From: Acidimicrobiia bacterium
GTDB taxonomy: Bacteria > Actinomycetota > Acidimicrobiia > Spongiisociales > Spongiisociaceae
Assembly (NCBI GenBank): GCA_041576165.1
Contig: JBFGLM010000006.1
Location: forward strand, 64,001 to 128,000
Reading direction: 5' to 3'
DNA: 64,000 nt
Positions 58,009-64,000 of the stretch are shown piece by piece. The notes below the pieces were generated by a model. The model was not told the origin of the DNA. It searched no databases and was given only the letters and a program-made list of their open reading frames with translations. How positions within the stretch are numbered: position 1 is the stretch's first letter; each line of letters begins with the position of its first letter. Both the position numbers and the translations under genes were made by a program.

Positions 58009-58317
58009 ATGACCGCCACCGTGTTCAAAGCCATTAGCGATCCAACCCGCCGGGCGCTGCTCGACCAACTGTTGGGCGGTCCCTTGCCGGTGAAAGAGCT
58101 TCAGGCGCCGGCCGCGATCTCGCAACCGGCGCTGTCACAGCATCTCAAGGTTCTGCGCGACGCCGGACTGGTCGTGGTGAGCAAACAGGGGCGTGAGCGG
58201 CACTACGCGCTCGAGGTGGGGGCGCTGCAACCCCTGTTCGACTGGATCGGCCGGTACGAGCGCTTCTGGGACGAGCGGCTTACTGCGCTTGGCCATTATC
58301 TGGAGGATGACACCTGA
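58009..58317 (+). CDS. ArsR/SmtB family regulator
   Basis: FKAISDPTRR and SQPALSQHLKVLRDAGLV motifs. Confidence 0.93.
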   Translation: MTATVFKAISDPTRRALLDQLLGGPLPVKELQAPAAISQPALSQHLKVLRDAGLVVVSKQGRERHYALEVGALQPLFDWIGRYERFWDERLTALGHYLEDDT

Positions 58318-58790
58318 TGATCAAACGAGACATCGTTCGCACGGTCGACTACCCGTACCCGGCGGAACGAGTCTGGGAGGCATTGACATCGGCGGAGGCG
58401 CTCTCCAGCTGGCTGATGCCGAACGACTTCGTGGCCGAAGTGGGTCATGAGTTCACGTTCACCACCGATCCCGGACCGGGATTCGACGGGATCGTCCACT
58501 GCGAGGTGCTGTCGCTGGATCCACCACGGGCGATGACATGGTCGTGGCGCGGCGGCCCCATCAACACCACCGTGGAGTTTCTGTTATCCCCGATTCCGAC
58601 GGGTACGCGGCTGCATTTTGCGCAGCGAGGCTTCCGGGGCCCGGCTGCCGTTGCGGTGAGTTACGTGCTGAGCAGCGGCTTCGGCCGCATGTTCGAGCGG
58701 GCGCTCCCCGCCTACCTGTCCGGTGCTCCGATCGACCCCTGCCACGGCTGGCTCGGTCGCATACTGCAACGCAGGGAGGAGTCGACATGA
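58317..58790 (+). CDS. SRPBCC (Aha1-like) domain protein
   Basis: ERVWEALT...WLMPNDF motif, coupled to the ArsR gene. Confidence 0.9.
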   Translation: MIKRDIVRTVDYPYPAERVWEALTSAEALSSWLMPNDFVAEVGHEFTFTTDPGPGFDGIVHCEVLSLDPPRAMTWSWRGGPINTTVEFLLSPIPTGTRLHFAQRGFRGPAAVAVSYVLSSGFGRMFERALPAYLSGAPIDPCHGWLGRILQRREEST

Positions 58791-59157
58791 CCGACCGTAC
58801 GACCGTGCTCAACCCCAACACAGGTCGGGAAGTCACGACGATCGCCACCTCCATCTACCAACCCGTACGCGAGGCGATCCTGGCTGCGGTCGACGAGGCA
58901 GGAGAGGACGGCCTGGCATCGGGGAGCTTTCCGCCACGGTCGAGCGCCGTACGGACCCGACGCTGGGGGCGAAGGCGAACGTCGGCCGGTACACGACCAC
59001 CGTCAAGCTCGATCTGGAGACCCGGGGTGTGATCGAGAAGGTTCCCGGCAGCCGTCCGCAGCGCCTGGTGCTCTCCCCGCGAGCCCGAACCGCCCGATCG
59101 CCAAGTCCGGCCGGCCCCGGAAACCTCCCGGCATCCACCCGGCGCCGGCGCCCCTAA
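58787..59157 (+). pseudogene. Small winged-helix-like protein (DUF6958-like) with a 1-nt frameshift near 58919
   Basis: Frame 1 gives IYQPVREAILAAV...GLA and frame 2 gives GELSATVE...YTTTVKLDLETRGVIEKVPGSRPQRL. Confidence 0.7.
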
Positions 59158-59193
59158 CATCGCCCGCTCACACACAGGAGTGTCTGGCGAGCC

Positions 59194-60624
59194 GTGCCCA
59201 GGTCCAGAAGCTTCCAGGCCCAGTTCGGCGCCAATTATTGGAAGCTGTGGACTGCGAGCGTGGTCTCCAATTTCGGAGACGGACTCGCAGTGGTGGCATA
59301 TCCGTGGCTGGCCAGTTCCATAACGCGGAACCCGCTGCACCTGGCCGGCGTCACGATCGCCACCCGGCTGCCCTGGGCCTTGCTGTCGCTTCCCGCCGGC
59401 GTCGTGGCCGACCGGGTCGATCGACGCAAGTTGATGGGCTGGAGCGACGCCTTCCGGTTCGGAATCACGCTTCTGATGGCAGTCGCCGTGACGATTGGAG
59501 CCGGGAGGTTTCCGGGTCCGGCCGACCTGGCGTCGGGCGCGGCGACCGCCCCCTCCGGGGTTGGCATCTACCTCGGGCTGCTGTATGCAACTGCGCTGCT
59601 GTCCGGGAGCGCCGAGGTGCTACGCGACAACGCCGCCCAGACACTGATGCCGTCGTTGGTGCGACCCGAGCAGCTGGAGCGGGCCAACGGGCGCCTGTGG
59701 GGCGCTGAGATGTTGATGAACTCATTCGTTGGGCCGCCGCTGGCCGGCGTCTTGATCGCCTTCTCCCTGGCGCTCCCGTTCTATCTGGACGCAGGGACCT
59801 TCCTGGTTGCTGCCTTGCTGGTCCTGGCGATTGCGGGGGACTTTCGGAGCGAACGGGCCAAGACAGCCGCCCGTACCAGCGTCCGTTGGTGGAGCGAGAT
59901 CAAAGAGGGCGTCAGCTGGCTGTGGCAGCACCGGTTGCTGCGTTCCCTGGCGGTGATCCTCGGCCTGCTCAACGCCCTCTCGATGATGACGTTGGCGACG
60001 TACGTCTTCTTCGTGCAAGAGGTGCTCAACCTCGATTCCTCCGGGTTCGGGCTGCTTCTCACAGCCGGCGCCTTCGGAGGCGCGATCGGAAGTGTGGCCG
60101 CCGCCTGGATATCTGAGCGGCTGGGCCCCGGCGGAGCTTTGTTCAGCGCCATCGGTTTCATGTTCCTCCAGGCTGCCATAACGGGGCTCACGTCCAGCGC
60201 CATCGTCGTGTGGGTGGTGTTCCTGATCGGCACGTTCTGGGGTGTCGTTTGGAACGTCATCACCGTTTCCTTGCGCCAGCAGGTCATTCCGGACGACCTG
60301 CTGGGCCGCGTTAACAGCGTGTACCGGTTCTTCGGCTGGGGGATGATGCCGATCGGATCGCTGGCGGGCGGAATCGTGGTCGCTGTGACGGAAACCGTCG
60401 CCTCCCGCGAGCTGGCGCTCCGTATGCCGTTCTTTGTGGAGGCAGTGGTACTGGTCGGGATCTTCGTCGTGGCGTTGGGTCGGCTCAACACCTCGCACAT
60501 CGAAGCGGCCAGGCGCTCAGCTCAGTCCTCGCCGAGCACCTCTGCCGATTCTTCGGGTTCGGCTTCCTCGGGTTCGGCCGATGGGCCGGGCGAATCGTCC
60601 CCGGGAGCGTCACCGGCAACCTGA
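59194..60624 (+). CDS. MFS transporter (macrolide-efflux/DHA3-like)
   Basis: LWTASVVSNFGDG, GVVADRVDRRKL and LRQQVIPDDLLGRVNSVYR motifs. Confidence 0.93.
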   Translation: MPRSRSFQAQFGANYWKLWTASVVSNFGDGLAVVAYPWLASSITRNPLHLAGVTIATRLPWALLSLPAGVVADRVDRRKLMGWSDAFRFGITLLMAVAVTIGAGRFPGPADLASGAATAPSGVGIYLGLLYATALLSGSAEVLRDNAAQTLMPSLVRPEQLERANGRLWGAEMLMNSFVGPPLAGVLIAFSLALPFYLDAGTFLVAALLVLAIAGDFRSERAKTAARTSVRWWSEIKEGVSWLWQHRLLRSLAVILGLLNALSMMTLATYVFFVQEVLNLDSSGFGLLLTAGAFGGAIGSVAAAWISERLGPGGALFSAIGFMFLQAAITGLTSSAIVVWVVFLIGTFWGVVWNVITVSLRQQVIPDDLLGRVNSVYRFFGWGMMPIGSLAGGIVVAVTETVASRELALRMPFFVEAVVLVGIFVVALGRLNTSHIEAARRSAQSSPSTSADSSGSASSGSADGPGESSPGASPAT

Positions 60625-61127
60625 GCTCTCCGCGGCCCCTGGCGCGGCCCCGCGGCCCAGAGAGCGAGGAGTGCCAGAGATGTCGCCAGCAGCCCCACCG
60701 CGGCCCACCCCCACCGGCGGCTGGCCCGGCTCACGAGCGGTGCGTCATCGGGCTCCGGCTCGACGGTGGCGAACGGCCGGTCGGGCTCGAGCAGGACCGG
60801 ATCGAGCCCGAGGCTCGTCAACGTCACCGGCTGCGACAGCACGCTGTCCCCGGGCGCCAGCGCTTCGAATACCACTACGACATCCGCAGCGGGCAGGGTC
60901 AACACTGCGCCGTAACGCCCCGAGCCGCGGTCGTTGAGGGTGGCCGTCGTCTGCTCGCCGCCCGGATCGGCCACGTGGGCGAGGATCGTCGAGATGTTCA
61001 GCGCATCGACGCCCACTTCGAGGTTCACCTCGATTCGGTCGCCTTGCCGGGTTCCCGAAGCGGAGGCATCGGTGAAGGGAGCACCCAGTTGGGCGAACAG
61101 CAGCAGGGCGGTGACGAGCGTGACCAT
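60522..61127 (-). CDS. Hypothetical exported protein with a C-terminal membrane anchor
   Basis: Signal-like N-terminus, beta domain, TM helix and acidic tail. Confidence 0.7.
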   Translation of the reverse strand: MVTLVTALLLFAQLGAPFTDASASGTRQGDRIEVNLEVGVDALNISTILAHVADPGGEQTTATLNDRGSGRYGAVLTLPAADVVVVFEALAPGDSVLSQPVTLTSLGLDPVLLEPDRPFATVEPEPDDAPLVSRASRRWGWAAVGLLATSLALLALWAAGPRQGPRRAQVAGDAPGDDSPGPSAEPEEAEPEESAEVLGED

Positions 61128-61228
61128 CAGTCTCTCAGCGTACCGCCTCGTGCGTACTGATCTTGGGCGGCCCCGGGCCTGCTCCGGCGACGCCGTCCGG
61201 GTGGTGGCGTATGGCGTACGCTTAGCCG

Positions 61229-61753
61229 ATGGGGCACAGCACTCGACTCACCGCCCGGCAGGGCGATCTGACCGCCCAGGAGGTCGACGCAATCGTGAAT
61301 GCCGCCAACGAGCAACTGCAGCACGGCGGCGGAGTGGCAGCCGCCATCGTACGAGCGGGCGGCGCCAGCATCCAGGAGGAGAGCAACGCATGGGTCTCCG
61401 AGAACGGGCCCGTGCGGCCGGGCGAGGCCGCGTTGACCGGAGCCGGCGCACTGTCCGCCCGCTGGGTCATCCATGTGGTTGGGCCCCGGCATGCGCAAGG
61501 ACAGGACAACAAGGGCCGCCTGGCCGAAGCTGTGACTGCGGCACTCGACGCAGCAGCCGCGGCGGGGGCGTCGTCGGTCGCCATGCCGGCCATCAGCACC
61601 GGCATATTCGGCTACCCGCCGGACGAGGCGGTCCCAGTGATCGTTGCGGCCGCACGGCGGTGGGCCGACGAACATCCCGATGAACTGCAGGAGGTTCGTT
61701 TCGTGGGTTACGACGAAACAATGACCGATCGGTTCCGCCTGGCCCTCGACTGA
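61229..61753 (+). CDS. Macro domain protein (ADP-ribose binding or hydrolase)
   Basis: GDLT, AIVNAAN...HGGGVAAAI, VIHVVGP and PAISTGIFGYP motifs. Confidence 0.95.
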   Translation: MGHSTRLTARQGDLTAQEVDAIVNAANEQLQHGGGVAAAIVRAGGASIQEESNAWVSENGPVRPGEAALTGAGALSARWVIHVVGPRHAQGQDNKGRLAEAVTAALDAAAAAGASSVAMPAISTGIFGYPPDEAVPVIVAAARRWADEHPDELQEVRFVGYDETMTDRFRLALD

Positions 61754-61855
61754 GTCGTGCCCAGCTCCATTTGACCGGCTGCGCCCGCTCGTACCGGTCT
61801 GCTTCTGCGGCAGCGATACCTCAACCCAAGTCTCCAGGCAGACGAAACACTTCAC

Positions 61856-64000
61856 ATGGGCGCGCGCACAGTCGGGGTCGATCGTGGGGGGTTGGCGGTG
61901 GCTGCTGCCTTGCTCGTCTTGGTTGGAGCCTGCGCCATCCCGGTTGAGCCGGCCGGGGTGGCGCCGGACCCGGGCGGGCCTTCGGTGGCATCGCCGTCGT
62001 CCTCCACCACGGCGGCAACGCGCCCGCTCCTCGTAAGCCGGGCCCAGCGTCCCCGCGCCGCCGAACCCGCTGCACGCCCGGCCTACCCCCCAGCCTGCGC
62101 CGGATCGTTGGCAGATGGCGCCGCAGTACCGCTCGACGACTGGGCGCCGGTCGTCCAGACGTCGCGGGGGCTGCTGCGGGTGGCGACCGCCCAGGACGGG
62201 GCGTTCCTGGTTCACACCGCTGGAGGTGACCGTTCGTTTCTCAACGGAGTGAACCTCGGCGCCGCTCTGCCCGGGAGCACGCCGGGAGAGTGGGCGGCAG
62301 GAGCGCGAACGTACACGGCCTGGCTGAGGCAGATCGGATCAATCGGATTCCGGTCCATCCGTACGTACGCGCTGCATCCGGCATCGTTTTACGCGGCATT
62401 GGCCGACTACAACCGCCGGCACCCCCAGGCGCCGATATACCTGATACAGGGCGTATCAATGCCGGAGGAGGCGCTGAGCGGAACAACCAATCTGTTCAGC
62501 AGCAAGGTAACCGTCCCCTTCGACACAGCGATCGAGAACACCGTGGCTGCGCTGCGAGGCGACCATGTGCCGGATGACGTCCGGATGGGGCGCTACGAGG
62601 CCGATGTGACTCCCTGGCTCGCCGGAATGATCATCGGCGCGGAGTGGGATCCAGGGCTCATCGCCGCATCCGACGCCACCAACCGGGATAGGCCGCACAC
62701 CGCCGGGACGTATGTCGATTCCGTGCCGGGGTCGACTCCAACGGAAGTCTGGCTCGCCCGCAGGCTCGAGACGGCGGCCGCTGCGCTCGCTGGGGCGGGC
62801 GTGGCGGCGCCGCTCTCGTTTGTGAACCGGCCGGCCACCGATCCGCTGCGTCATCCGGCAGCAACGACCGCCGAACTCGACCTGGTCGGTATCGACGCCA
62901 ATCACGTGGTGGCCCGGCCCACATGGCCGGCCGGCCTCTTTGCGACCTACCACGCCTATCCCTACCTTGCGGACTTCCTGGAATCGGAGTCCGGCATCGC
63001 CGGTTCCGAGGGAGACGTTGACCCGTTCTTCGGCTACCTGGCCAGTCTGCGCGACCACCACCGGGACTTGCCGGTGATCCTGGGCGAGTTTGGCGTACCG
63101 GGCGGATGGGTTCCGGCCGGGCACGGCCCAAGCGTCTACAACCACGGGGGCTACCTCGAATCGGCCCAGATGGCGATGAACGCCGAGCTGCTGGAGACTG
63201 CGCGGGAGACGGGCCTGGGCGGGGCAATCATGTTCGAGTGGGTCGACGAGTGGTTCAAACCGACCTGGAACATGACCGATCTCGAACTCGCTCCTGCCGG
63301 TACATGGCACAACTTGGCGGCCCCCGACCAACATTTCGGGATCATGGCCGTCGAGCCCATCCCGGCCGCCCACCTCGACGGGTCGGCGGAGGAATGGGAT
63401 GTCATGCACGTCATCGCAGAAGGTCCCGGGCTGTCGATGACGGCCGCCCACGACGCCGGGGCGCTGTACGTGATGGTGCGGGGTGCGCTACCCGATCAGT
63501 TCGAAATCCGCTTCGACAGTGATCCCCGCCTGGTGCATCGGTCGGACCCCCAGGATCAGCTGGGAGATCTGGCCGTCCGGTTCACGCCTGAGGAAGCCAG
63601 GGTGCTCGAGCGCACCGCCTACGAAGTGGCCCAGATGCCCACCGGCGAGGGAGAACTCGACACGGTGCGTCCCGGAGAATCCGGCGAGTGGACACCTTTC
63701 GAGTTCCTGACGAGATACCCGACGGAGCAAGTTCCGGCCGACACCTTCGAACTCGGACCGTTGCGCCGCTCGCTGGCGGACGGCACCGGCACCGTGCCGG
63801 CCCCCGAGGCAGGTTGGGGACGCACCCGCAACGTGGTAGAAGTCCGAATTCCTTGGGTCGTGCTGTCTCAGGGCGATCCTTCCCAGGGGCTTGCACTGCG
63901 CTGGTCGGAGGGCCGATCGGTGTCCACGCAGACGTCCCTCGAGATCACTGCTCTGATCGGCGACTCGACCCTGTCCGGCTCGTACGATTGGGAACCCTGG
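61856..64000 (+). CDS. Large lipoprotein with a TIM-barrel glycoside-hydrolase-like domain (runs off the window edge)
   Basis: Manual translation gives the LVGAC lipobox, NGVNLGAALPG, SIRTYALHPASFY, YHAYPY, VILGEFGVP and FEWVDEWFKPTWN. Absent from the ORF track because there is no stop in the window. Confidence 0.82.
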   Translation, partial: MGARTVGVDRGGLAVAAALLVLVGACAIPVEPAGVAPDPGGPSVASPSSSTTAATRPLLVSRAQRPRAAEPAARPAYPPACAGSLADGAAVPLDDWAPVVQTSRGLLRVATAQDGAFLVHTAGGDRSFLNGVNLGAALPGSTPGEWAAGARTYTAWLRQIGSIGFRSIRTYALHPASFYAALADYNRRHPQAPIYLIQGVSMPEEALSGTTNLFSSKVTVPFDTAIENTVAALRGDHVPDDVRMGRYEADVTPWLAGMIIGAEWDPGLIAASDATNRDRPHTAGTYVDSVPGSTPTEVWLARRLETAAAALAGAGVAAPLSFVNRPATDPLRHPAATTAELDLVGIDANHVVARPTWPAGLFATYHAYPYLADFLESESGIAGSEGDVDPFFGYLASLRDHHRDLPVILGEFGVPGGWVPAGHGPSVYNHGGYLESAQMAMNAELLETARETGLGGAIMFEWVDEWFKPTWNMTDLELAPAGTWHNLAAPDQHFGIMAVEPIPAAHLDGSAEEWDVMHVIAEGPGLSMTAAHDAGALYVMVRGALPDQFEIRFDSDPRLVHRSDPQDQLGDLAVRFTPEEARVLERTAYEVAQMPTGEGELDTVRPGESGEWTPFEFLTRYPTEQVPADTFELGPLRRSLADGTGTVPAPEAGWGRTRNVVEVRIPWVVLSQGDPSQGLALRWSEGRSVSTQTSLEITALIGDSTLSGSYDWEPW

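Overview
High-GC actinobacterial chromosome segment, most like Acidimicrobiia (inferred from gene content, SLH proteins and many apparently leaderless genes). It is largely core genome: partial sigH, tRNA-Thr(CGT), plsC-holB-tmk-MFS and topA, a membrane pyrophosphatase, a DUF1998 helicase, a DtxR regulator with an Fe3+ ABC transporter, a Tad/Flp pilus cluster, a reductive pyrimidine catabolism cluster, and a Qng1-like gene beside a ribokinase. The main find is missing from the ORF track: a 103-aa gene at 15370-15681 (-) with two in-frame UGA codons, each followed 19-20 nt later by a hairpin with a GGUC loop, so a candidate two-selenocysteine HesB-like protein. Other signals are a 46-bp intergenic repeat family with MITE-like TWA duplications, a second 142-bp MITE-like element, a LexA box in front of the tad cluster, and a P450 remnant. 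Several single-base frameshifts suggest assembly errors, so stop-codon and start-codon claims need read-level checks. All family assignments come from motif recognition, not database searches.
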